From Candidatus Dojkabacteria bacterium (GTDB taxonomy: Bacteria > Patescibacteriota > Dojkabacteria > SC72): a stretch of DNA of 64,000 nucleotides. The translations under genes and the position numbers were made by a program. Below are positions 1 to 9,982 of this stretch, one piece after another. The notes under the pieces were generated by a model. It was not told where the DNA came from. It saw only the letters and a list, made by a program, of their open reading frames with translations, and searched no databases. Where the stretch lies: contig JBAYOB010000001.1 in assembly GCA_041678505.1 (NCBI GenBank), forward strand, positions 1,667 through 65,666, given 5' to 3'. Position 1 is the stretch's first letter; each line of letters begins with the position of its first letter.

Positions 1-1112
1 ATAAAGAGCAAGTCCAAGAATATGAGGACTTTCAAATAAGTATAAATAATTCATCTTACGATAAGCCTAAGGATGCTAAGGGCGGAAGCAACGAAGAATA
101 CTATGAAACTCCTCAAGAACTTGGACAGTATTTTATAAAAGAAGGACTTAATACTGTTGTTATGTCTCATATGCATAAATGTCCTCCCAAAACAGACCCC
201 AATAGTGTTCACCTATACAAACTCTGTCTAAAAGAATTAAATATTTGTGAAAAAGGAAAATGGCGTAAAGATCCTACAGGAACACATAAATACGGAACCT
301 TAAAAAATCCAATAGTAGTTGAAACAGTGGATAAGGATGGGCTAGGAGAGGTTATACACTTAATCTTAAATGGAAATAATCTTACACAGTGTGTAGGAGA
401 TTCTGCAGGTGATGGTGGAGTTAACTGTTACAGTATTGAAGGAAACAACATCGCTATTACTCTAAATTCAGAAGAACAGAATATTATTTCAGGAGAGTAT
501 AGATTAGATGTAAAATGGGAAGATGGAGAAGGAATTGGTGGGAGTAATTGTGAATTAAGTAGTGAATTTAACATTTCAGAAGAACCTCTTCCTTCGGATT
601 GCGGAACTAATACAGGTTTAGTATTTGAAGCTACAGAAACAGATTGGCCTGAGGGAGGTACTTTCTGTTCTGTAGGAGATCCTAATCCTGTAAACCCCAT
701 ATTTCCAGCTTTAGGTATGACGACAGAGTGGGAGTGTGAAGGTACTTCTGGAAGTGTAGGCTGTTCTGCTTCTAGATTAAAACCAGTATCACCACCTCCT
801 GTAGTAGTAGAAGATCCAGAACCACCACCTCCATCTCCTGTAGTAGTGGAGGAACCAACAGAGACACCTCAAGCTCCTGTTGTAGCTCAAAGAACCCCTG
901 AGACAGGTATACTTGATGATATAGGGAGACCCGTATTAATGGGAAGTTCACTACTAGTCTTAGGAGTAACTTGGTCATGGATAGGTAGAGGTATGCTTAC
1001 TTCCATTACTTTCTTAGATAGGTTGTACAAAAAGACAGTAATAGGTGTTAAGGATGTTAAAGGAGATAATAGGAAAAAGAAATTTGAAAAGAGGGTAGGA
1101 AAAAGAATATAG
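1..1112 (+). CDS. Cys/Pro-rich surface protein, 5'-truncated by window edge, with LPXTG-like sorting signal
   Basis: Frame is open from position 3; Pro-rich linker, TPETG, then a hydrophobic helix and basic tail. Confidence 0.65.
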   Translation, partial: KEQVQEYEDFQISINNSSYDKPKDAKGGSNEEYYETPQELGQYFIKEGLNTVVMSHMHKCPPKTDPNSVHLYKLCLKELNICEKGKWRKDPTGTHKYGTLKNPIVVETVDKDGLGEVIHLILNGNNLTQCVGDSAGDGGVNCYSIEGNNIAITLNSEEQNIISGEYRLDVKWEDGEGIGGSNCELSSEFNISEEPLPSDCGTNTGLVFEATETDWPEGGTFCSVGDPNPVNPIFPALGMTTEWECEGTSGSVGCSASRLKPVSPPPVVVEDPEPPPPSPVVVEEPTETPQAPVVAQRTPETGILDDIGRPVLMGSSLLVLGVTWSWIGRGMLTSITFLDRLYKKTVIGVKDVKGDNRKKKFEKRVGKRI

Positions 1113-1151
1113 AGTGTGATATAATCACCGAGATATACATTATTTTATGAT

Positions 1152-1358
1152 ATGCATATGGCAGTTATTGTACATTCTAATGAAAATATAGATAGTGCTC
1201 TTAAAAGACTTCATAGAGAGGTTCTAAGAGAGAAAATATTAGAAACACATAGAAACAAACAGTACAGAATTAAGAAAGCTGATCTGGAAATACAGAAAAG
1301 AAGAGAGTGGGCTAAGCAGAAAAGACGAAGAAGGACAGCAGCAAGAAGAGAGAAGTAA
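1152..1358 (+). CDS. rpsU: 30S ribosomal protein S21
   Basis: ENIDSALKRL motif, Arg/Lys-rich C-terminus, upstream of yqeY. Confidence 0.9.
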   Translation: MHMAVIVHSNENIDSALKRLHREVLREKILETHRNKQYRIKKADLEIQKRREWAKQKRRRRTAARREK

Positions 1359-1375
1359 ATTTTCATATATACACA

Positions 1376-1819
1376 ATGTCTTTAGTAGATACAATACGAA
1401 AAGATATGTTCCAAGCCTCTAAAGAGTGCAATACTCTCAGGTCAGATATATTAAAAATGGCTCTAGCAGAGATAAAGAATGAGCAGATAGCATCTCAGAA
1501 AGAGTTAGAAGAAAAAGATATTGAAAAAATATTAAGAAAAGAAGTTAAGAAGATTCAAGATTCCATAGAACAGTATGAAAAGATGCAAAGAAAAGACCTT
1601 GTTGAGAAGGAAAGAATACAGTTGGGAGTGTTAAATGAATATCTTCCAGAGCTTTTAGGTGAAGAAGAATTAACAAAAATAGTAAAAGAGAAGGTTAATG
1701 AGATGGATGCTAAGAGTATGCAAGATATGGGTAGAGTAATGGGAGCAGTTATGAAAGAATTAGAAGGAAAAGCGGATGGAAATACAGTTAAGACAATAGT
1801 TCAAGAACTCCTTTCTTAG
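1376..1819 (+). CDS. yqeY: GatB/YqeY domain protein
   Basis: EYLP and DMGRVMGAVMKELEGKADG motifs. Confidence 0.9.
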   Translation: MSLVDTIRKDMFQASKECNTLRSDILKMALAEIKNEQIASQKELEEKDIEKILRKEVKKIQDSIEQYEKMQRKDLVEKERIQLGVLNEYLPELLGEEELTKIVKEKVNEMDAKSMQDMGRVMGAVMKELEGKADGNTVKTIVQELLS

Positions 1820-1821
1820 AG

Positions 1822-2256
1822 ATGGAACTCGATATATACGGTTGGAATATATTAAAGAAACATCTTCCTGAGGTATCTTTTTCCAAAGGTGTCCTGTTAA
1901 ATACTCTTAAGAAAGAGTTTTCTTCTTACAAAGTGGATAGCCTTAATATTGTTTTTACTAGCAAAGATCATATTAGGAAATTAAATAGAGAATTTAGAAA
2001 GAAAAACAGTTCGACAGATGTGCTCTCTTTTTTAATAAATGAGAAACCTTTAGAGGGAGAAGTTTACATATGTTTAGAGTGTATTTTGAATAGTAACGAA
2101 AAAGAGGTTTTAAGATTAGTGGTACATGGATTTTTACATATAGTAGGATATCATCACGATAGATATTTTGATGAAGATTCAAAGGAAAAAGAGGAAATGT
2201 TTGTAATACAAGAGGAAATATTAGAGAATATATACAGAACTCTTAAGAAGAAGTGA
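1822..2256 (+). CDS. ybeY: rRNA maturation endoribonuclease YbeY
   Basis: LNREFR..TDVLSF and HGFLHIVGYHH (H3xH5xH) motifs. Confidence 0.93.
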   Translation: MELDIYGWNILKKHLPEVSFSKGVLLNTLKKEFSSYKVDSLNIVFTSKDHIRKLNREFRKKNSSTDVLSFLINEKPLEGEVYICLECILNSNEKEVLRLVVHGFLHIVGYHHDRYFDEDSKEKEEMFVIQEEILENIYRTLKKK

Positions 2257-2531
2257 TATTGATGAAAAATATATTTAAAAATAGAATCTTTTGGATATTA
2301 CTATCTGTTCTAATCACAGCCTTAATCTTTTTTACTATGTATCAACTACTAACAACTAAAACAGATGAAGTAGAGAATGATTGTACGGTTCCCTCTACAG
2401 CTTGTGAGGAGATGGATTTACTACAATCATGCCCTGATGACACTGTTTGTAGAGAAATGCTTGTAGGGTGGCACTCTGCTGATGCTGATTGCCCTACATA
2501 CAAAGTACTTTGTTTTGAAATAATAGAATAA
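2253..2531 (+). CDS. small membrane-anchored Cys-rich protein
   Basis: N-terminal TM helix then 6 Cys; fills the gap between ybeY and pth. Confidence 0.6.
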   Translation: MILMKNIFKNRIFWILLSVLITALIFFTMYQLLTTKTDEVENDCTVPSTACEEMDLLQSCPDDTVCREMLVGWHSADADCPTYKVLCFEIIE

Positions 2532-2532
2532 T

Positions 2533-3096
2533 ATGAAATTAATAGTAGGATTAGGAAATCCTGGAGAGAAATATCACAGTAGTAGACATAATGTAGGCTT
2601 TCTTTTCTTAGATGCTTTAAGAGAGGAATTACTTTGGCAAGGAGATTACAGTGTTACTGATTGGAAAGAGGAGAAAACATTTAATTCTAAGCTTTGTCTA
2701 CTCAAGAAAGGCTCTGAGGTAATAGCAATATTGCAAAAGCCCTTAACATATATGAATAGATCAGGAGCTGCAGTAGTAAAAGTAGTGAAGAAATTTAATA
2801 TAGAGGATTTTGGAGAAAATCTAATACTGATACATGATGATTTAGACTTATCACTAGGAAAGTTTAAAATTCAGGCAGGAAAAGCACCACTAAGCCACAA
2901 TGGGGTAAGAAGTGTGGAAGAGAGAGTAGGTACAAAAGAGTTTAAAAGAATTAGAATAGGGATTGAGAATAGAGGGGGTGTAGATATTACAGGTGAGGAT
3001 TATGTGTTAATGAGGTTTCTTGATTCTGAAAAGGAAATAGTAGATGAGATCATTCAAGAGGCTGTATCAATAATACTGCCAGACATGCTAGTATAG
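2533..3096 (+). CDS. pth: peptidyl-tRNA hydrolase
   Basis: LIVGLGNPG, RHNVG, KPLTYMNRSG, HDDLD, HNG motifs. Confidence 0.96.
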   Translation: MKLIVGLGNPGEKYHSSRHNVGFLFLDALREELLWQGDYSVTDWKEEKTFNSKLCLLKKGSEVIAILQKPLTYMNRSGAAVVKVVKKFNIEDFGENLILIHDDLDLSLGKFKIQAGKAPLSHNGVRSVEERVGTKEFKRIRIGIENRGGVDITGEDYVLMRFLDSEKEIVDEIIQEAVSIILPDMLV

Positions 3097-4335
3097 CTAT
3101 CTTTGAACATATGTTTTTTCAAAGAGACCTTTGTAATTCTGAGAAGCTTCCTCTAGGGTGTGAGTATGTAAATATGTATCATCTTCTAACACAGTAGCTA
3201 GCGTAGTACCCCCTAGGGTAATGCCTAGATTTAAGATGCCGTTACTGTCATCAGTTAAGAAAAATATCTTTCCAGCTTCTAACTCAGGAGATTGACCCAG
3301 ATCTATCTCCATTAACATATTGTTTCCTTTTAAATAGTCAAAGAGTAACTCTGTATAGTCATATTCATAACTGTATGAGATGAAACCATCTCTCTTAATA
3401 GCGTAATCTCTTAAAACAGGACCAATAGGTAGGTTAATGTTGTAATATGCCTGAGATACTACTCTGTATGAGTCATGTGCTCCAAATCTGTATTTTAACC
3501 TTGTAGAAAGATCCTTAGAATCTTTACTACTAGCCCATTTCTTAGAGTTAATAATATCAAGAGTACTAGCTAGAAGATCTTCTGCTTTTGCTTGTGTAAT
3601 ATTATTCTTCCCAATATTTCCAATATCCATATCTAGAGTATCTTTTAAAGTATCATAATCAGCATCATACTGAATTTTTCCATCTTGGTTGTACATGTAG
3701 CTACGATTGTATGTATTAAGTAATACATATATTGAGAAAGGAAAGAGTAGGGTTGTAATTACTACAAAGGACTTTGTTAGTGTATTAATAAAGCGATTTT
3801 CTTTCAAGAATGTTCTGTACAGCACTAAAGTGAATATTGAAATGAAGATTAATTCTAAGAAGAAAATAGGGCTTAGGAAATATCCAGAAAAGAGACTTGG
3901 CTCTAGTATCCGAAAGAGCAATGTAAACTTAGAATCAGTAAGAGGGTAGAAAAGCATAATCTTAGTAACTAAAGTATCCGCAAGGAGATGTCCCATTGTA
4001 GCAATGAGGAAGGTATCTACCAAAATATGTAAGAACTCTCTGTTGAGTGTTTTCCCGGTCCTCTTGTTTAAAAGAGTATGGATAGGGTTAACAAGAATTT
4101 TAAGTAGTATCCATATGACTATGTAGAAGATGGGAGTATGTGAGATAAAATCATGATGCATGAAAGTTGGTATATTGAGCATAGAGTATACAAAAAGATC
4201 AAAATCAGGAAGTATTCCAAAGAAGAAACTAGCTAAAGCAATTAATATATGCTCATTACTGTTAAGTTTCTTGATCTTCTTTTTCTGTATTATCTCATTT
4301 GCAAGAAATGAGATAGGTCCGTGTGCTAAATACAT
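3097..4335 (-). CDS. membrane metal-dependent hydrolase (YdjM/DUF457-like) with C-terminal extracellular domain
   Basis: AHGP, LPDFD, HHDFISHTP, GHLLAD, LFYPL motifs within TM segments; start placed at MYLAH. Confidence 0.7.
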   Translation of the reverse strand: MYLAHGPISFLANEIIQKKKIKKLNSNEHILIALASFFFGILPDFDLFVYSMLNIPTFMHHDFISHTPIFYIVIWILLKILVNPIHTLLNKRTGKTLNREFLHILVDTFLIATMGHLLADTLVTKIMLFYPLTDSKFTLLFRILEPSLFSGYFLSPIFFLELIFISIFTLVLYRTFLKENRFINTLTKSFVVITTLLFPFSIYVLLNTYNRSYMYNQDGKIQYDADYDTLKDTLDMDIGNIGKNNITQAKAEDLLASTLDIINSKKWASSKDSKDLSTRLKYRFGAHDSYRVVSQAYYNINLPIGPVLRDYAIKRDGFISYSYEYDYTELLFDYLKGNNMLMEIDLGQSPELEAGKIFFLTDDSNGILNLGITLGGTTLATVLEDDTYLHTHTLEEASQNYKGLFEKTYVQR

Positions 4336-4404
4336 ACTATTTCCCCCTATTATCAAATATTTAGGATATTATACATACTTTAAGCTAATTGATAAAATGG
4401 GCGT

Positions 4405-6828
4405 GTGGAAAATATACAGATAAAAAACTCATTACTAATGTCTCTTGCGAAGAGGTATGGTGGTAAAAAGAAAGAGATAGAGAGAGTATTAAAAGTGACA
4501 GGAGTGGATTTGGAGTATTACGAACTGGTTTGTGAACTATTAGGAGTACTTCTTGGGAAAGTTGTATGGCTAATGCTGGGAGATGATGAGCATCAAGAAG
4601 GGGAAGATAGTGTAATGATAAAGAAAGGTTCTCTTTTTAATCTTAACTCTCTTCTTAATATCGGCTATGAGAGGGTAGAGAGAGTGTGGAATGAGGGTGA
4701 GATATCTGTCTTAGGAGACGTTATCTTAATATGGCCCTTTAGTATGAATAATCTAATTCGTATTAGTCTTTCAGGGGATGATATAGAGGGGATTTCGGTG
4801 GTAGAGGTGGAGAGTAGAAAGAGGGTAAAAGATATAGAGGGAAGGACTCTTCTTGGTAAAAACAGTAAATTGTTAGTGGGTAATGAAGAGTCTTCTGGAA
4901 GTGTAAAGGTAAGAATGGTTGAAGATATTGAGAGACAAGAGAATTTAATTAATTTAGGTTTAAGAAACATCCCTAATGTTCAAGAGTATACTTCTAGAAA
5001 AGCGATTTTAGAAATAGTGAGGAATTTTAAAAGTAGGGGATATGATATTTGGTATTTGAGCAATAGTATAGAGAAATATGACCTATTAGTAGAGAAAGAG
5101 CTGAAAGAAAGTATTAGTGAGATATTTTCTGTAAATACTCCTTTAGAGAAAAGTCTTAAGAAGGGTTTTGTCTCTAGTGAGGCAAAGGTATTGTTACTGA
5201 CAGATTTAGAGGTATTAGGGCAGATAGATCTTTCAATATATGAAGAGAGAAATATTAAAATGGATCCAGGTAGTGTAGAGATTTTAAAGAAACTTGTACC
5301 AGGAGATTATGTTGTTCATGAAGATCATGGTATTGGCAGATTTGTTGATGTTGTCAGGAAAGAGAAGGGCTCATATATTGAAATTGCATATGCTGGTAAA
5401 GATAGGTTGTACATCCCTCTTACTGCATCTGAAAAGATTACCAAATTTATAGGTGTAGGAAGGGAGAGACCAACTTTAACAGGTTTGGGTAGTGGTGTTT
5501 GGAAAAGAATCTCTAAGAAAGTGAAGAAGGAAGTAGAGAATATTGCTAGAGAACTTTTACAACTTTATGCTTTAAGAGAAACATCAAAAACAGAAATTTT
5601 ACTTAAAGATGAAGATGCTTTAGGAGAACTGAATACATTCGTTAAACAGTTTGAATTTGATGATACGGATGATCAAGTATTGAGTACAGAGCATATTGTT
5701 AATGATTTTCAAAATAGCAAACCTATGGATAGGTTACTTGTAGGGGATGTAGGTTATGGTAAGACAGAAATAGCCTCTAGGGCAATGTTTGTGGCAGTTA
5801 ATTCAGGGTATCAAGTAGCCCTGTTAGCACCCACGACGATATTAGTGGAGCAACATAGGTCTGTACTAATGGAAAGGTTTAAAAACTATCCTTTTGTTAT
5901 AGAATCTCTCTCTAGATTTTCATCTGAAAAGAAGAAGGAGCAAGTTTTAAGAGATCTTAAAAAAGGAAGTATTGACATTGTAGTAGGTACGCATTCTTTG
6001 TTAAGTGAGGGTGTTGTTTTTAAGAATTTAGGATTACTGATAGTAGATGAGGAACAGAAATTTGGGGTAAAACAGAAGGAAAATATTAAATCGAAAAGAA
6101 TAGATACAAATGTACTCTCGTTAACAGCCACCCCAATCCCTAGAACTTTGAATATGGCATTGATGGGTATAAGGGATATATCTGTACTTGCTACACCTCC
6201 TTTAGGTCGGAAAGAGGTAATCAATTACTTTGGGAAATTTGATTGGAACACTGTTAAGGATGCAGTAGCCAAAGAATTAAAAAGAAATGGCCAGGTGTAT
6301 TATCTACATAATAGAGTCAATACTATTGAATACTCATACTCTAGACTGGTTAATATGTTCCCGCATGCGAATATTGCAATAGCGCATGGACAGATGAGTG
6401 TTCAAAGATTATCTAGTACTATGAAAAAGTTTGTTAATGAAGAAATAGATATTTTAGTATGTACCACAATTATAGAAAACGGTTTGGATATCCCTTCTGT
6501 TAATACATTAATAATAGATGATGCTACGATGTTAGGTCTCTCTCAGATGTATCAGATCAGGGGTAGGATAGGGAGGTCAGAGAGACAAGGGTATGCATAT
6601 TTTCTTTTTGAAAATCTGAGGGGAAATGCACAACTAAGACTTGAAGCACTAAGAGAGTCACAAGAGCTGGGTTCAGGTTTCTTACTCTCAAACAAAGATT
6701 TAGAGATTAGAGGTGCAGGAGACATACTTGGGAAAAACCAGTCTGGCACTATAAATTCGGTGGGCTATGGTCTTTACTCTGTTATGCTTAAGGATGCAAT
6801 TGAGAAACTTAAAAATATGAATAAATAA
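4405..6828 (+). CDS. mfd: transcription-repair coupling factor, shortened
   Basis: RID/CarD (GDYVVHEDHGIGRF), GDVGYGKT, DEEQKFG, TATPIPRT, QIRGRIGR, DLEIRGAG; GTG start. Confidence 0.88.
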   Translation: MENIQIKNSLLMSLAKRYGGKKKEIERVLKVTGVDLEYYELVCELLGVLLGKVVWLMLGDDEHQEGEDSVMIKKGSLFNLNSLLNIGYERVERVWNEGEISVLGDVILIWPFSMNNLIRISLSGDDIEGISVVEVESRKRVKDIEGRTLLGKNSKLLVGNEESSGSVKVRMVEDIERQENLINLGLRNIPNVQEYTSRKAILEIVRNFKSRGYDIWYLSNSIEKYDLLVEKELKESISEIFSVNTPLEKSLKKGFVSSEAKVLLLTDLEVLGQIDLSIYEERNIKMDPGSVEILKKLVPGDYVVHEDHGIGRFVDVVRKEKGSYIEIAYAGKDRLYIPLTASEKITKFIGVGRERPTLTGLGSGVWKRISKKVKKEVENIARELLQLYALRETSKTEILLKDEDALGELNTFVKQFEFDDTDDQVLSTEHIVNDFQNSKPMDRLLVGDVGYGKTEIASRAMFVAVNSGYQVALLAPTTILVEQHRSVLMERFKNYPFVIESLSRFSSEKKKEQVLRDLKKGSIDIVVGTHSLLSEGVVFKNLGLLIVDEEQKFGVKQKENIKSKRIDTNVLSLTATPIPRTLNMALMGIRDISVLATPPLGRKEVINYFGKFDWNTVKDAVAKELKRNGQVYYLHNRVNTIEYSYSRLVNMFPHANIAIAHGQMSVQRLSSTMKKFVNEEIDILVCTTIIENGLDIPSVNTLIIDDATMLGLSQMYQIRGRIGRSERQGYAYFLFENLRGNAQLRLEALRESQELGSGFLLSNKDLEIRGAGDILGKNQSGTINSVGYGLYSVMLKDAIEKLKNMNK

Positions 6829-6869
6829 TTTTCACTTGGCAAGTCTTAATCTTTGTCCTAGTATGTATC

Positions 6870-8423
6870 ATGCTTTCAGTTCTCTATCGAAAATACAGAG
6901 CGAGTAACTTTGATGAGTTAAAAGGTCAAGATCACATTACAAAGTTACTCAAAAATGCAGTTAAAACTAAACAGATAGCACAGGCCTATCTTTTTGTAGG
7001 TTCCAGAGGTACTGGAAAGACATCAACTGCAAGGATACTAGCAAAAGCAGTTAATTGTAAGAAGATAAAATCTAATGGTAATCCATGTAACGAGTGTGAG
7101 TTTTGTGTAAGTATAACAACAGGAAGGTTTTTGGATTTAATAGAGATAGATGCCGCTTCAAACAGAGGGATAGATCAAATTAGAGAATTGAAAGAGAAGA
7201 TAGAATTCTCTCCATCAGAGGGAAAGTACAAAGTATATATCATTGATGAAGTCCATATGTTAACAACGGAGGCTTTTAATGCTCTTCTTAAGACATTGGA
7301 AGAGCCACCTCCTCATGTCATATTCATCCTGGCAACTACTGATGTACATAAATTACCACCTACAATCCTTTCTAGGTGTCAAAGGTATGATTTTAGACTT
7401 GGTACAGATGAGGAGATAGCAGCTTTAATTACTGAAATTTGCAAGAAGGAGAAAATTAAAATAGAGCAAGGAGCTCTAAGTATAGTGGTTCAGAATGCTA
7501 AAGGTAGTTATAGAGATGCTCTTTCAATATTGGATGTAATATATACAGGTCAAGATGAGAAGATTAATGAAATAACTACAGAGGAGGCAAGAAAGATTCT
7601 TGGTTTGCCCGAGAAGGACAGTGTAATTTTGCTTCTTAAAAGTTTAACTAAGGGAGATGGGGGTAAATCTCTTGATATTATAGGTAGTTTGGAGAAGAAA
7701 GGTGTTAATCTTCAACAGTTTACAAATTACACTTTAGATATTCTAAGAGAGATATTGATTAGCAAGATAAAAGGGAAAATAGAAAAGGAGTATGATTTTG
7801 TAAAAGATGTAGATATGAAGGTGATTTATAAATTAATTAATCTGTTTCTAAATGCTGAGAATAGGATAAGGTATGCGAATAATCAGGCATTGGTTTTAGA
7901 GATGATTATTCCAGAAATGATGAAAGCAGATGTGGGAAAGGATATAGAAATTGTGAATAGGGATGTTAAAAAAAGGATAGAGGATACAAAGCAGAAGGAA
8001 GATGATAAAAAAAGTATAGATTCTGAAGAATTAGTAGATAGTAAAGATGTATCTGTTAAGGAAATTAATAAGAAATGGGATGAATTTATTAATGAAATCA
8101 AACCTTTTAATAGTCATCTTTATGCATTTTTAGGAGGAGCTAATGTTAAAAATTTTGATAAGGGGACTCTGTATTTAGAGGTACCTTTTAAATTTCATGG
8201 AGAGAGAATAGAGATTCCAAAGAGTAGGAATGCCATATCAGAGACATTTAAAAAAGTGTATGGAACTACCTGTAAGGTATCTTGTATAGTTAATTCATCG
8301 ATGAAATCAAAGAATAAATCAGAGCCCGAGTTTGTTTTAAGGAATTTGCCAATAATAAAGGATAAGAAGAAAGAGAAGAAAGATGTGGGAATAAATGTAG
8401 AGGCGATATTTGAGGGTATGTAG
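6870..8423 (+). CDS. dnaX: DNA polymerase III subunit gamma/tau
   Basis: LYRKYR, GSRGTGKTS, Zn Cys cluster, EIDAAS, DEVHML, SRC. Confidence 0.96.
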   Translation: MLSVLYRKYRASNFDELKGQDHITKLLKNAVKTKQIAQAYLFVGSRGTGKTSTARILAKAVNCKKIKSNGNPCNECEFCVSITTGRFLDLIEIDAASNRGIDQIRELKEKIEFSPSEGKYKVYIIDEVHMLTTEAFNALLKTLEEPPPHVIFILATTDVHKLPPTILSRCQRYDFRLGTDEEIAALITEICKKEKIKIEQGALSIVVQNAKGSYRDALSILDVIYTGQDEKINEITTEEARKILGLPEKDSVILLLKSLTKGDGGKSLDIIGSLEKKGVNLQQFTNYTLDILREILISKIKGKIEKEYDFVKDVDMKVIYKLINLFLNAENRIRYANNQALVLEMIIPEMMKADVGKDIEIVNRDVKKRIEDTKQKEDDKKSIDSEELVDSKDVSVKEINKKWDEFINEIKPFNSHLYAFLGGANVKNFDKGTLYLEVPFKFHGERIEIPKSRNAISETFKKVYGTTCKVSCIVNSSMKSKNKSEPEFVLRNLPIIKDKKKEKKDVGINVEAIFEGM

Positions 8424-8478
8424 TAATTCCAATTTAAGATATAATATTCATCATTACTTAATTTTTGTTGGTATTAAT

Positions 8479-8772
8479 ATGATAAATCCAGTAGAGATTG
8501 TTAAGATGCAGAGTGAGGCTAAGAAGCTTCAAAAGAAATTAAGAGAGAGGAAGATAAAAGGAGAATCTAAAAATGGAATGATCACCATATATATGAATGG
8601 TGCACAGGAGTTTGAGGATATACATATAGATGAGGAGTATCTTTCTCCTGATATGGAGGATGCTCTAAAGAAGGGGTTAAAAGAAGCATTTAAGGATTAT
8701 CACAAGAAATTACAGAAAGAGATGGTTCAAGATATGGATATGGATCAATTAAAGAATATGTTTAGTAAATAA
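8479..8772 (+). CDS. ybaB: YbaB/EbfC nucleoid-associated protein
   Basis: dnaX-ybaB-recR synteny, size, GESKNGMITIYMNG; start moved to ATG 8479. Confidence 0.85.
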   Translation: MINPVEIVKMQSEAKKLQKKLRERKIKGESKNGMITIYMNGAQEFEDIHIDEEYLSPDMEDALKKGLKEAFKDYHKKLQKEMVQDMDMDQLKNMFSK

Positions 8773-8776
8773 TAAT

Positions 8777-9409
8777 ATGTCTGTATTACCCTCTAGTGTA
8801 GAACAAGTTATTAATGAGTTTAGTAGGTTGCCAGGAGTTGGTCCTAAATCTGCCTCTAGAATGGTTTATCACTATCTTAGATCTCCAAATGGAGATGCAA
8901 CTAAGTTAGCATCAGCATTGGAAGAGATGGACAGGACTGTTAAAAATTGTAAGAGTTGTTTTAATGTTACAGATAAAGAAGAGTGTTCTATATGTTCTAG
9001 TCAATTAAGAAAAAAAGATAAACTATGTGTAGTAGAGGAGCCTTTGGATGTAGTAGCTTTTGAGAATTCTGGTGTATATGATGGTTTGTATTTTGTTTTA
9101 GGTGGTGTTATATCACCAGCAGAGGGTATAGGGGAGGAGGAGTTGAGGTTTAAGGAATTAAAAAACAGAGTAAAGGAGTTACTGGAGAATATAGATAAGG
9201 GTTCTTCTTTGGAGATTATTATTGCAACAAATCCTAGTCTAGAGGGAGAAGCCACTTCCAGCTATATCATTGATCTTTTTAAAGAGTATCTTAAAGAGAA
9301 AAGGATTAAAATAACTAGGTTAGCAATGGGTCTTCCTACGGGTGCTGATTTAGAGTATGCAGATAGATTAACTTTAAAGAGAGCGTTAGAAGGTAGAACT
9401 GATATATAG
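8777..9409 (+). CDS. recR: recombination mediator RecR
   Basis: LPGVGPKSA HhH, C4 zinc finger, TOPRIM (CVVEE, ATNPSLEGEAT). Confidence 0.96.
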   Translation: MSVLPSSVEQVINEFSRLPGVGPKSASRMVYHYLRSPNGDATKLASALEEMDRTVKNCKSCFNVTDKEECSICSSQLRKKDKLCVVEEPLDVVAFENSGVYDGLYFVLGGVISPAEGIGEEELRFKELKNRVKELLENIDKGSSLEIIIATNPSLEGEATSSYIIDLFKEYLKEKRIKITRLAMGLPTGADLEYADRLTLKRALEGRTDI

Positions 9410-9431
9410 CATTGTTTAGCCCTATAGTAAA

Positions 9432-9487
9432 TGGTATAATGTAGTACATTGAATATATGTATTCAATGATAAATCTGCTCTTTAAAA
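9432..9487 (+). promoter_or_regulatory. extended -10 promoter, palindrome and boxA-like element
   Basis: TGGTATAAT 9432-9440; CATTGAATA-N4-TATTCAATG 9447-9468; TGCTCTTTAAAA 9476-9487. Confidence 0.55.
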
Positions 9488-9582
9488 AGGTTCTACTAAC
9501 AACTCCATACTATTTCTTGTAGAATCCAATCTACCCTTTATAGACCTAGAGGTTAGTTTGGGTTCTACAGAAAGGAGCTAAA

Positions 9583-9960
9583 ATGGCAACATTTGTTGGA
9601 ATAACAGTGCTGGCAATAATTACCAACACTGTACAGGTGTCAAGGGCGAAAAGATTTTCTTTTCGCCAAATAATGTCAGGAATGCAAATTTGTACCTGTT
9701 TTGTAGTCCTCTTGGCCTTTTTAACAAAAGGCAACACTCCGTCTTTTCAGTTTTGGAGCACATTAGCCTTCTTTTTGATAGGAGTAGGAGAAGGAATAGA
9801 AATAGGTAGTACACTAAAAAACGTACGAATAGAAGGGAAAGATAAAAAGAGAGAAATAATTATAGCATTGAATAATGCTATTGCTGTTTTTCTTCCTGTT
9901 GTTCTTTTTCTTGTTTCTTTATCTCTCATTACTAAGTATATTCCACCTTTTCTCAAATGA
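9583..9960 (+). CDS. small multi-pass membrane protein
   Basis: 125 aa, 3-4 hydrophobic helices, AAAGGAG SD at 9571-9577. Confidence 0.7.
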   Translation: MATFVGITVLAIITNTVQVSRAKRFSFRQIMSGMQICTCFVVLLAFLTKGNTPSFQFWSTLAFFLIGVGEGIEIGSTLKNVRIEGKDKKREIIIALNNAIAVFLPVVLFLVSLSLITKYIPPFLK

Positions 9961-9982
9961 GTATTTAAGAGTAGAACCCGAA

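Noticed and set aside
8410-8478. ORF-track start of ybaB, and a possible dnaX frameshift product
   Set aside because: Overlaps the dnaX end and promoter-like AT-rich DNA; A-runs in dnaX are common Lys codons with no clear stimulatory hairpin
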